Source: Felis catus
Taxonomy: Eukaryota
Length of the DNA stretch: 64,000 nt
Direction of reading: 5' to 3'
NCBI RefSeq assembly: GCF_018350175.1
Contig: NC_058368.1
Span: forward strand, 109,184,001 to 109,248,000
In this document: in pieces, positions 46,201 to 57,932 of the stretch
Layout of the letters: each line of letters begins with the position of its first letter
Numbering within the stretch: position 1 is the stretch's first letter
Notes under the pieces: model-generated
The model's input: only the letters and a program-made list of their open reading frames with translations
The model's database searches: none
What the model was told of the DNA's origin: nothing
Program-made: the position numbers and the translations under genes

Positions 46201-49200
46201 GGGGGTATGTGAGGGGCTGTACATGCAGGGGTGGGAGGGACTGTGCACAGGCAGGTGGAGGCTGAGGAATCCGGAGGCCCCCTCAAACGGCTGAGCTCCC
46301 CAATAGTATCACTCATTGTATATCACGTCTCGTTTTATTGTCATCATAGCTCTTATCATTGCTGAAATTATCCCCTTTGTGGACTTAATTTATTTATTTA
46401 TTGGAGGATTTTTCCTACATGACTGGAGGGTGCAGCCCTGCCTGCCTAGTGCAGCCTGCTGGATCTCCAAGGTCTAGAACAAGATTAAGCACAGGGAGGG
46501 TCTTGGTGTTTTTTGTGTGAGTGAAGAAATGGAGTGAGAGGTATCTAGGGCGGGCCTTGTGGCCGTCTGACCTGTTCCCAGGGGATCTCTGGGCCCATCT
46601 CTCCTGGCTCCCTACCCCTGTCAGGTCCTGTTGATGTCCCCAGGTAAAGGAGTTCTCACTCTGTAGGAGAGGCCTAAGCCCCTTTGTGGTGGGGGGAGTC
46701 CCCCTGAGAACTGCCCTCTGGATGGGGTGGTTGGGCATTGAGCAGACTGTAGTCATCACAGAGGAATGCTGGCTGTGAGGGTCAGCCACTTCCTTCCCTC
46801 ACCAGAGCTTGCAGCTCAGGCCAGGGATGATTGTGGGTTGGGCCTGGATCTGAGCCAGGAAGGATGGATGTTTGGAATGGTGAGACAGAGTCCAGGACCC
46901 TCCCTGACCTTTTCAGACCAAAGTAATGCCTGGAGTCTGGGTGGGTAGTGTCACCTAAATTCTTGCTTTTGCGACCTCGAGTCTGGGAGAGAGCCAGGGA
47001 AACTCCAAATGCTGCAACAGTGGAGCCTGTGCTCTGAGCACAGCCCCTGGTGGCCATCATGACTCATCCTGGGAATCCCAACTCCAGGGGCTGCCCTGGG
47101 AATAAAGCTCAGGACAGAGATGGGGGTCCCCCAATGAGGGCCGGCAACCATGGTAGCAGTTTAGTGAAGCTCCAGACCAATACGTTATTGTCTGTTCCTT
47201 CTGTTGCCCAAGGCTGGACCCATTGCTGGTCTTCTGCCCAGTCCAAATAGTGTCTTTAAGACATGGAGCCAAACCCTCATCCTCACCAAAAAATTTGACA
47301 TAAGAGGACCTGGTTTTCAGAGTGTCTGTACTGGGCTCCATTTGAGGTCACGTTTCAGAAAGTCAGTGTAGCTCAAGCTATAAGATAACAGGAATGTGTC
47401 TCTGTGGTTTGGACTCAGCAAGTGCTGAGTTATAGGTATATTTACGTAAGGAAAGTAGGGCATGAGTCAAGAGAACAGGGTGGCCCAGTGGGTGCTCTAT
47501 CCTGTTCACTCCAGTAGCCCCAGGTTCCAGCCTTGGCTGAGCATAGCAGATGCCCTGTGAACCATTGTGGTGTGGATGGAGATGGATGGGCAGTGGATGG
47601 ATGGATGGATGATGTATTCAGATCGTCTCAGCAGTGTGCACACTTTCCCTGAGATGGTCTTGGCAATGAGACAATTTCCACAGGAAGTCTTGGGTGCCCC
47701 ACAGGGAGGAAGGAGGGAGGGATGTTGCTTTCCTGAGCAGCGCTGTGGTCATTTCTGTCTGGTTCTGTCCTTCCAAGGAGATCTCTGCTCCCCATTACCT
47801 TGTTGACCTGTGCCCTCTAAGCCCTGCTGAGAGATTGGGGGTCCAGTGACAAGGGCCAGCCAGCCACAGAACAAGGGGAAAGGGCTGTTAACAATAGGTG
47901 GGTGCCATTTGCTCTCTTAAAAGGTAGGTCCACAAAGGACCTCAACTTAGATAGGACCTCAGCCAGGTGTGAAAGGTTCCAGTGCTTTCTCTGAACATGT
48001 CCTCAGGAAAGCATGTGTTGACTGACCAGCTGACTGGCAGGAGCAATGAAGAGTCAGCAGAGACTGACCTGCCTGGACGGACCGGGAGAAAGCATGACTG
48101 TCTGCTCTCCGGTTTGGCCCATGACAAGCCACAGTGAGTGTGTCACTGTGTCGGATAGCCAACATTAAATGTTGCTGCGTCCATACTCAGGGGCAAAATG
48201 GACAAGCGTGTGCTGTGAAAAGGAGCTTTCTACACCCCAGTAAACAAAGGCATTCTCCCTTCCTGGAGAACCCTTATGAATGTTGGAGATGGCTTTTCAC
48301 AAGGGCTGGAGGGCACATGTATGACTTTGCTTTTGGTGGAGCAGTACCTCCAGAAGGCTGAAGACTTGGGGGCCTCTGAAGGTCATGGAATGTTGCTCAG
48401 CCCTGTGCCTGTGCTGGCCTTGCAGGGGATTTAGAAGTGAGCAGCTGTGGTTCCCACCACTAAGCTGGATGTTCTCCTAGGGTAGAGGATACAAGTATCA
48501 TAGTCAGAACCACCTCCCCGGCACCCAGCACACTCTTCAAAAACAGTAGGCACTTAGTATGTACACTGCTGATTGCAGAATGACAGATGTGTGTGATACC
48601 TGGAGCAGTAGACAAAGGGGCAGAGATTGGTATTGAGACAGGAGCTATTGATCTTAGCAGGGTCCACAGATGGCTGCTCTGAAGATGGGCCATTCATCAG
48701 GGCCTTGAAGGATGAGTCAGTTTAATAGGCTAACCATGGGAGAGGGCATTCCAGGATGCAGGAACAGCCCAAGGAAGAGCTTGGAGGCTCAGAGGTGCAG
48801 GACAGATTCTGCCTGCAGTATGGCTTCACGTGGCTGCCTCAGGAGCTGACGCTGGACCAGCCAGTGGGGGCCATACCACAAAGAAGCACAAATGTACTCA
48901 GTAGTCTGGACTTTATCCTGGCAGACAGGGGATCCTCAGGGAAGGACCTTTGGCTCCACTCCTTCTAGAGAACCAGGATCTGTCGTCAGATGTTTGTTAA
49001 AGTAAATTCTAGGGCAGGCCCTGTGAGGGTAGCTGGGAGTGACCTATGCTCTAGAAAACTTGCCATGACGGCCATGAAGGATGAAGCATGGGGCACACCA
49101 GGATGGACTAAGATGAGGGAAATAGTCTCTTAGGCCACAAAACATAAGGAGGCGGTCACTTTCAAGGGCCAACTCTATACTTGCATGACCCTGAGAGTGA

Positions 49201-49911
49201 GTGCCTCCTTAAGTTTGGCACCCCAGGCACTGACTTGCTTCACCCTGGCCCGGGACCCTGCAGTGTACTGGAGGCAGGGCAGTGGACAAGATGCAGCTCC
49301 TTTGATCTATGCAGATTAGGGCTATGGCCATAGGGGCTGAGAGAAGTGGACCTACCTGAGATCAGGATCAGAGGACAGGATTTGGGGATGGCTGGGATGT
49401 GGGACGGGTTGAAGCAGTACCCTTCTGAGGGTCTCCATAATTCCACATTCTGGGAAAAGTGTAGAGAGGCCCCCCACTCTGTTAATGTAGTTTGTATGCC
49501 TGTAACTGGGGCCAAGGCCAGACTCTGGGCCTTGGCTTTGTCTAGGTTATAAGTCTGAGGAACTGAGGGTTATAAGTCTGAGGAACTAAAGAGAGTAGGG
49601 CAGGAGGTTAAAAAGGCCATTGCCTTTCCAGGTCAGGTTGTCCAGGTCACCAGTGACCATAGCTAGAACCTGAAGCAATAAATACACCAAGACTCCTGGG
49701 CCCTGCCCTTTGGACACTGGGTGTGTGGGCATGACAGGCAGGGAAGGCTGGATAAGGGTGCCTCCACTGCTGGATGGGGCGTGTCTATCAAACCATAATC
49801 CTGCTGCTGTCTAGCAGGACCAGAGTCTACCCTGAGGTCCGTTTGCCTTCCTAGGATTTAGTGGTTGGGCTACCCTAGCTCCCACCCCTGGAAGCTCTGA
49901 CCCTGTGGCAG

Positions 49912-49928
49912 CAGCGCCCCCTGCTGGC
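49912..49928 (-). promoter_or_regulatory. CTCF-binding motif
   Basis: Minus strand GCCAGCAGGGGGCGCTG, essentially the CTCF core consensus, with its CpG retained. Confidence 0.75.
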
Positions 49929-50138
49929 TAACAGACAGACCCTCCCTACCCCTCTTTTTGGGAAAGGAGGTGTAATGATCTAGGGGAGGAAGAAAGGTCA
50001 ATGCAGGTTTAAAGGACAGGAGCAGGAATTGAGGATGGACTTTGGCTAAGGCAGACAGGCAGGTGTCACCTCGTAAACGAAGCACCTGCTTCCTGGTCAG
50101 TAGCCTTTGAGCAGGCAAAGACAGAGATGGCATTTTCT

Positions 50139-50376
50139 TTTCTTCCTTTTTTTTTTTTTTAATCTTTTTCAATTTTTTTTATGTTTTATTTATTTTTGAG
50201 AGAGAGAGTGTGAGCAGGGGAGGAGCAGAGACAGAGGGAGACACAGAATCTGAAGCAGCCTCCAGGCTCTGACCTGTCAGCATAGAGCCCGACGCAGTGC
50301 TCGAACTCATGAACCGTGAGATCATGACCTAAGCCAAAATCAGATGCTCAACCATCTGAGCCACCCAGGCACCCCT
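50139..50376 (-). mobile_element. Can-SINE
   Basis: TSD GAGATGGCATTTTCT at 50124-50138 and 50378-50392. Confidence 0.93.
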
Positions 50377-50647
50377 TGAGATGGCATTTTCTAAGATGAC
50401 TACTGAGAGAGACCAGAGAACAAGGACTCTGTCATCTATCCACCCTCCCACCCTGTGCTGGCATCATGGCCCAGAAAGGCTGGTGTCCTGTACTGAACAC
50501 ATGTCTACCCAGGTGGGCCCTGGCAGGCCCTCAGTTTCTCCCAGAACAAACCCCTTGGGTCCCACAGAGGATTTAGCCTGGGAATGAGGGCCAAGGGTTA
50601 GGCTGCGATGAGGCAATGCCCTGGGCACTCTAAAAAGAGGAAGAGTC

Positions 50648-50874
50648 GGGGCACCTGGGTGGCTCAGTCAGTTGAGCATCCGACTTCAGCTCAGGTCACG
50701 ATCTTGCGGTCCGTGGGTTCGAGCCCCACGTCAGGTTCTGAGCTGATGGCTCGGAGCCTGGAGCCTGCTTCCGGTTCTGTGTCTCCATCTCTCTCTACCC
50801 CTCCCCCGTTCATGCTCTGTCTCTCTCTGTCTCAAAAATAAATAAAATGTTAAAAAAAAAAAAATTAAAAAAAA
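50648..50874 (+). mobile_element. Can-SINE
   Basis: TSD AAAAAGAGGAAGAGTC at 50632-50647 and 50875-50890. Confidence 0.93.
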
Positions 50875-52204
50875 AAAAAGAGGAAGAGTCATCCTGAGAC
50901 AAAATTCCTGCTTCAACTATCCAATCCATTCTGGAATGGAGGTGGTAGCATGTCAACAGAACAAAATCAGAGAGAGCCCTTGAGCAGCTATGTGGCTCCT
51001 CTGATTCATCCTCCTCTGGACTCATTCCCTCCTGAGCTCCAGGCCAGGGCCTCAGGACATAGGGAACAAGTTGGAGTTCTGGGTGAGATTTCCAGTAGAC
51101 AGAGGAGTGAAAGGGCCTTGTGCTGCCCCTGAGCCACGAAGTCCACAAACAGAGTCACACCCTGGGCAGCCACTTCCTAGAAGTGCCTGCCACAAAAAAA
51201 AAAAAAAAAGAGGGTAACTTTCACCAGTGAACCCTGCCCACCAATGTCCCTGGCATCTGGAGTCTCCACTTCAGATAAGAAGGTTAATCAGAATTTGTTT
51301 ACTCTTGGTTACATAGAAGGCTGAAGCCTCACCTGGTGCCTGGGAGTCCAGGCAGGGGTCTTGACCCCACGGAATCTTCTCTCAGGCCAAGACAGTGTGA
51401 GTGACTGCTATTCTCTTAGGATTCAGAGAGGGCCTTGTGCTCAAGAAAGCAGCTCCTCACCATGCTCCAGGAACGGCCTTGGCAGCCATCTTGATTCATC
51501 AGAACAATGTAAGCTCTTCACAGAGACTCCTCAGACCACTTACCTACCAGACCTTCAGGGAGTATTGAGGCCAATGGGAGAGTCCATGAAGAGAAGAAAT
51601 TGGTGGCACTGTGTGTTAAAACTTCCCGTGTACCCTAGGAGCCATGCTCATCCATCAGGCCTGGTGCCACATGGCCTGAGAGAGGGTGGGAGCAAAGAGC
51701 TATCCTCAGTTCATGGGAGGGCTGACCCACCAGCCTGAGGATTGTGGGATGGGAAAATCAAGTTGCAGATGCCAAGAAGTACAGGAGCAGAGTAACAGCA
51801 GAGGAAGTCAAAGAGTCTAATTTCTTTGAGAAGCAGGCCTTGTAAAGGCCTTTGGGCTGCGCCTGCCACTGCACAATTGCCTTATGAGCATTCTGTGTGG
51901 GCCTAACAGCCCCAGCAACCGAGATTAGGCTGCCCCTGGGTGGAAGCCCTTGTAAGAGCCAGGAACACAGCAACTGTGTCTCAAAGTGCCCAAAACACTT
52001 CTAGAGGAATTGATCTTCTCTTTTAGGCTTTTGTGAAAACTTTCTCTGGTCATTTTCCTGCATGTGTACCTTTTCTCTCTCTTTTCTAGCTCAGGAATGC
52101 TTTTTGACCACTGGTGCCATGGGGATGGATTACTTGACAAATTCAGACAGCAAACATTGACATTATGGCCAGGTGCCAGGTACAGAGGTAGATGATTTGG
52201 TTCA

Positions 52205-52880
52205 GACATTCAACAAGAATGTTTGAACCTATAGGATGTGCCAGGCATGGCTCTAGGCACTAGGGATATGAAAGCAAACAAGACAAAGTTCCTGCTGTCA
52301 TGAAATTCCTATTCTAGTGGAGGCAGGTAATAAACAATGGGGAGAGTATCATATGAGTTATCATATGATAACTATTCTGCAGAGAAATAAAATGGCATGG
52401 TGTCAGACAGTATGGAGGTAGCCAGTTTAGATTTGGTGTGCAAACTTTAGATTTGGTCCAGGCAGAGAGAATAGTGTAAAGGTCTCAGGACAAGAATAAG
52501 CTGTGTGTTTGAGGGGAAAGATCATTGTGGCTGCAGCATGGCGGATAAGGAGGAAAATGCTAGAAGATGGGGACAGGAAGATCAACAGGGGTCAGCTGAG
52601 GTGAGGTATTTGGGGCCCTCTGTCAGAAGCTTGGGCTTGATGTGAAGGGAATGGAGGGCCTTTGAACAATGTGGTACATGGAAGTGAAAATATCCAGTGT
52701 GCATCTTTAAATGTTCACTGGCTCCTGTTTGCAGACTGGACTATAGTCCAGTCTAAGACTTTATGCAAGTGCGAAAGCAAGAAGATTATGGAGTAGGAGG
52801 ATGATCCAGGAGAGATGAAGCAGGATGGTATCAGTGGAAAGAACAGGGAATGGAACCAGGGAGAGTTTGGAGGGGAAGCC
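52205..52880 (-). mobile_element. L2 LINE fragment
   Basis: CATTCAACAAGAATGTTTGAACCTATAGGATGTGCCAGGCA start (reverse L2 3' end), purine-rich body. Confidence 0.65.
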
Positions 52881-52974
52881 AAACAGAAGTGAATGAAATG
52901 TGGTGGCTACACAATGGGAGAAAATATGCATAAATCACGTATTACTCATATATCCAAAAACGAACTTGTGTATA

Positions 52975-53421
52975 AAGTAGTCAACCCTTATCGGTAGTTT
53001 TGCTTTCTGTGTTTTCAGTCACCTGTGGTCAAGTGTGGTCCAGAAGCAGATAATCCTCCTTCTGATGTATCATTCATAGTTTACAGCTATGTTACAATAC
53101 CTATATCATTCACCTCACTTTATCTTATCACATAGGCATTTTATCATCTCATATCATCACAAAAAGAAAAATGGTGAGTACAGTACAATAAGATACTTTG
53201 AGAGAGAGATACCATGTTCACATGACTGTTATTACAGTATACTTTTATAATTGTTCTAATTTATTATTGTTGTTAATCTCTTTCTGTGCCTAATTTATAA
53301 ATTAAATCTCATCATAGGTATGTGTGGATAGGAAAAAACTATAGGGTGTGGTACCATCCACAATTTCAAGCACCCACTGGGGTCTTGAAATGTATCCCCT
53401 ACAAAAAAGGGGGGACTCCTG
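52975..53421. mobile_element. MER44 (Tigger-type TcMar DNA transposon relic) inside an old L1
   Basis: Degenerate TIRs AAGTAGTCAACCCTTATC / AAAAGGGGGGACTCCTG, with TA on both sides. Confidence 0.8.
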
Positions 53422-53467
53422 TATATAAAGAATGCTTACAACTCAATAATGAGAAGATAACACGTTT

Positions 53468-53926
53468 ATTTATTTATTTATTTTTTAATTAAAAAAAATT
53501 TTTTTTAACGTTTATTTATTTTTGAGACAGGGAGAGACAGAGCATGAACAGGGGAGAGTCAGAGAGAGAGGGAGACACAGAATCTGAAACAGGCTCCAGG
53601 CTCTGAGCTATCAGCACAGAGCCCGACGCAGGGCTCGAACTCAGGGACCGCGAGATCATGTCCTGAGCCCAAGTCAGACGCTTAACCCACTGAGCCACCC
53701 AGGTGCCCCTTAAATTTTTTTTTTAACATTTATTTATTTTTGAGACAGGGAGAGACAGAGCATGAATGGGGGAGGGTCAGAGAGAGAGGGAGACACAGAA
53801 TCTGAAGCAGGCTCCAGGCTCTGAGCTGTCAGCACAGAGCCCGACATGGGGCTCGAACTCATGGACTGCGAGATCATGACCTGAGCCGAAGTCGGACGCT
53901 TAACCGACTCAGCCACCCAGACGCCC
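53468..53926 (-). mobile_element. Tandem pair of Can-SINEs
   Basis: Two head-to-tail copies (to about 53710 and to 53926) inside one TSD, GATAACACGTTT at 53456-53467 and 53928-53939. Confidence 0.93.
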
Positions 53927-54234
53927 TGATAACACGTTTTTTTAAATGGCCAGAAGATTTGAAAGGACACTTCACCAAAGAAAATACAGATGGCAAGTTA
54001 GCACATGAAAAGTGCTCAACATCATTAGTTATTAAACACATGCAAATTAAACCACAATGAAATACCATGACACATCTACTAAGAAAGCTAAATGGAAAAG
54101 CTTTAACTTACCCAACTATGCCAAGTGTTGGTGATGACATGGGGCAACTGGAATGCTCCTAAGATGATGGCAAGAATATGAAATGATACAACTACTTTGG
54201 AAAACATTTTGGCAGTTTCCTAAGAAAATTCATT

Positions 54235-54242
54235 ATATATAC

Positions 54243-54294
<52 letters not shown>

Positions 54295-54395
54295 ATATAT
54301 ATGTATGTATATATAACACATAATACTATATATTATTATAATATAATATATAAATAACATGTAATATATAAATATATCATAAATAATATATAAGT
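54235..54395. repeat. (TA)n microsatellite and AT-rich low-complexity tract
   Basis: Long TATATA run and degenerate derivatives. Confidence 0.95.
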
Positions 54396-54439
54396 AATGT
54401 CAGTCTTGGAGAAAAAGAGACATATTATTTACAGGGTAT

Positions 54440-55410
54440 TTAATTTAAAATACTTCAGATTTCTCATCAGAAGAAGAGAAGGAAATCTCAGTGTGGAGGC
54501 CAAAAGGAAATGGAATCACACCTTTAAAGTGCTGGAAGGAAGAAACCATAGACCCACACTTCTATATCCAATAAAAATATCCTTCAGGAGTGCAAGTGAA
54601 ATAAAGACATTCTCAGATGAAAAAAGAGTAAGAGAATTTCTTGACATTAGACCTGCTCTAAAATAATTGCTAAAAGAACTTCTTCAAACAGAAGGGAAAT
54701 GATACCAGAAGTTCACTTGAAATACCAGGAATGAAGGAAGATCAACAGAAATGGCAAAATCTGGGTTAATTTAACATTCTATTATTAATTATTTGACTGC
54801 TCTTGGGTTCTTTAAAATATATTTTATGGTTGAGGGGCACCTGGGTGACTCAGTTGGTTAAGTTCCTGGCTCTTGATCTTGGATCAGGTCTTGATCTCAG
54901 GGTCGTCAGTTCAAGCCCCACATTGGGCTCTGTGCTGGGTGTGGAGACTGCTTAAGTTTCTGTCTCTCTCCCTCTGCCCCTTCCCTGCTCACATGCAAAC
55001 TCTATCTCCCTCAAAAAAATTTTAAAAAATGCTTTATGGTTAAAAAAATTATAACATTTTCTGATGGTGCTTTCAATGTATGTTTATATAATAGCAAAAC
55101 TACAACGTAAAGAAGGGAGAACAAAGGAATCTATATGGTGGTAAGGTTTTACATTCCACGTAAGATGGTAAAATGTCTATTTGAAGCAGACCTGAAAAGG
55201 TAAATATGTATACCATAATCTCTAGAACAACCACTTAAAAAAAGATAGTTAAAAACACAATAGATGCATTTAAATGGAATACTAAAAAAAATTCAAATAA
55301 CCCAAACATGCAGGAAAAAAGAAACAGAGGGAGGACAACAGAGAAACAAATAATAAAATAGTAGACATAAATTCATTCATATCAAGAATTGCATTAAATG
55401 TAAATGGTCT
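54440..55410 (+). mobile_element. Old L1 ORF1 C-terminal remnant and inter-ORF region, with a Can-SINE at about 54834-55030
   Basis: Translation WNHTFKVLEGRNHRPTLLYPIKISFRSASEIKTFSDEKRVREFLDIRPALK resembles the L1 ORF1p C-terminal domain. Confidence 0.85.
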
Positions 55411-55749
55411 AGGAGTAGTGTAAGCAAAAAATGGTGAAGTTGAAAATTCCAGAAGCCCATCCCTACACAAAAGCAGAAAGTACACTGGCAAAACCTGTCA
55501 GAATCAGCTTAATTGGAACTCTAGAAATTAATTAAAAGTTTACAGCAACCAGGGAAATGTTTAATCAAGGAAGGAGGGGAACAGTTGAATTTTGGTAGAA
55601 TTGTGTGGCATTTTAACTTACCCAACTCCCTTCCCTTCTCTCCAATTTGGTAAGAGACTTAAAGACAACTTGCATTACTGGTATAGGTTCTTAGTACCAG
55701 AGGGAGGAGAATGGGCCTTATTCTCAAGGAATTGTGGTGGTTTTGACCT

Positions 55750-57850
55750 GTCTTCTCAAGTACACGGAACATCCTCATGGATAGGTCATATGATAGGACA
55801 AAAAACAAGTCTTAGAAATTCAAGAAAATTGAAATCATATCGAGTATCTTTTCTGAGCACAGTGCTATGACACTAGAAATCAGCAATATGAGGAAAGCTG
55901 GAAAATCTACACAAATATGTGAAAACTAAATAACACATTCTTGAATAACCAGTGGGTCAAAGAAGAAATCTAAAGGGAAGTCCAAGAATATCTCAAAGCA
56001 AATGAAAATAGAAACACAACTTACCAAAAGCTATGGGATGCTGTAAAAGCAGTTCTGAGATGGAAGTGTAGAGCCATAAATGCACATATTAAGAAATTAG
56101 AGGAGTGTTTGGGTGGCTCTGTCATTTAGGCATCTGACTCTTGATTTTGGCTCAGGTCATGATCTCACAGTTCATGAGATCAAGCCCCATGTCGGGCTTT
56201 GCCACTGACAGTGTGGAGACTGCTTGGAATTCTCTCCCTCCCTCCCTCTCTCTTCCTCTTTCTCTCTCTGCCCGTCCCTCGCTTACATGTGCGTGCACTC
56301 TCTCTCTCAAAAAATAAATAAGCATTTATTTATTCAGACACAGAATCTGAAGTAGGCTCCAGGCTCCAAGCTGTCAGCACAGAGCCTGACGTGGAGCTTG
56401 AACTCACAAACCATGAGATCATGACCTGAGGCAAAGTTGGACGCTTAACTGAGCCACCCAGGTGTCCCAAAATAAGTAAACATTTTCAAAAATTACAATA
56501 ATAACAGAGATTAAAAAAATAGAAATGTAAAAACCTAACTTCATGCCTCAAGGAACTAGAAAAAGAAATGCAAATTAACTCAAAGTTAGTAGAGGAAAGG
56601 AAATAATAAAGGTCAGGGTGGAAATAAATGAAATGGAGACTGGAAGAACAACAGAATAATCATTGAAACAAAGCGCTGGCTCTATGAAAAGATAAACAAA
56701 ATTGACAAATCACTAGCAAGACTGAGAAAAAGAGAAGACCTAAATATGTAAAATCAGAAATGAAAGAAGAGAAATGATAACTTACACCACAAAAATACAA
56801 GGCATCATAAGAGACTACTTTGAACAATTATACACCAACAAATTAGATAACCTAGAAGAAATGGATAATTTCCCAGAATCATACAACCTACCAAGACTGA
56901 CCCAACCAATAGTGAATAAGGAGGTTGAATCAGTAATAAAAAACAAACCTTCCAACACAGAAAATGCCAAGACCAGATGGCTTCATGGGAAAATTGTATG
57001 AAACATTCAAGGAAAAATTAATGCCAATCCTCAAACTTTTCTAAAAATTAGAGGAGAGAACACTCCCAAACGCATCCTATGAGGCCAGCATTACCCTGAT
57101 ACCAAATACAAATAAAGACAAAATCCCTGGTGAAAACGGATGTAAAAATTCTCAACAAAATATTAGCAAACTGAATTCAAGAACTCACTAAAACAGGGTA
57201 CCTGGGTGGCTCACTTATTTAAGCACCCAGTTCTTGATTTCAGCTCAGGTCATGATCTCTCTGTTCATGAGATGGAGCCCCACGTTGGGCTCTGCTGCTG
57301 ACAACATGGAGCCTGGCTAAGATTCTCTCTCTTTCCATCTCTCTGCCCCTCCACTGCTCATGCTCTGTCTCTCAAATAGCCATAAAAAAAAAGAAAAAAA
57401 GAGAACCCATTAAAAGGACTCTACACTTCAACCAAGTGAGATTTATCCCTGGATGAAAGGATGGTCCAACATACACAAGCCAATAAATGTTATACACCAC
57501 ATTAGTAGAATGAAAGATAAAACTCATATGATCAAATCAATAGGTGCAGAAAAGGCATTTGACAAAATGCAACATACTTTCATGATAAAAACTCTCAACA
57601 GATTGTGGTACATAGGAGGAACATACCTGAACATAATAAAGGCCATATATGACAAGCTCATTACACTCAACATGGCAAAATGGAAAGCTTTTCCTGTAAG
57701 ATCAAGAATAAGACAAGAGTGTCTACATGAGGTGCCTGGTTGGCTCAGCTGGTTGAACATCTGACTCTTGGTTTCAGCTCAGATCGTGATCCCAGGGTTG
57801 TGGACTTGAGCCCTCTGTCAGGCTCCGCCCTGGGCATTAAGCCTGCTTGA

Positions 57851-57932
<82 letters not shown>

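Noticed and set aside
45232..46316. ORFs up to 241 aa in the upstream CpG island
   Set aside because: Same GC-content artefact; no recognisable protein or supporting splice structure
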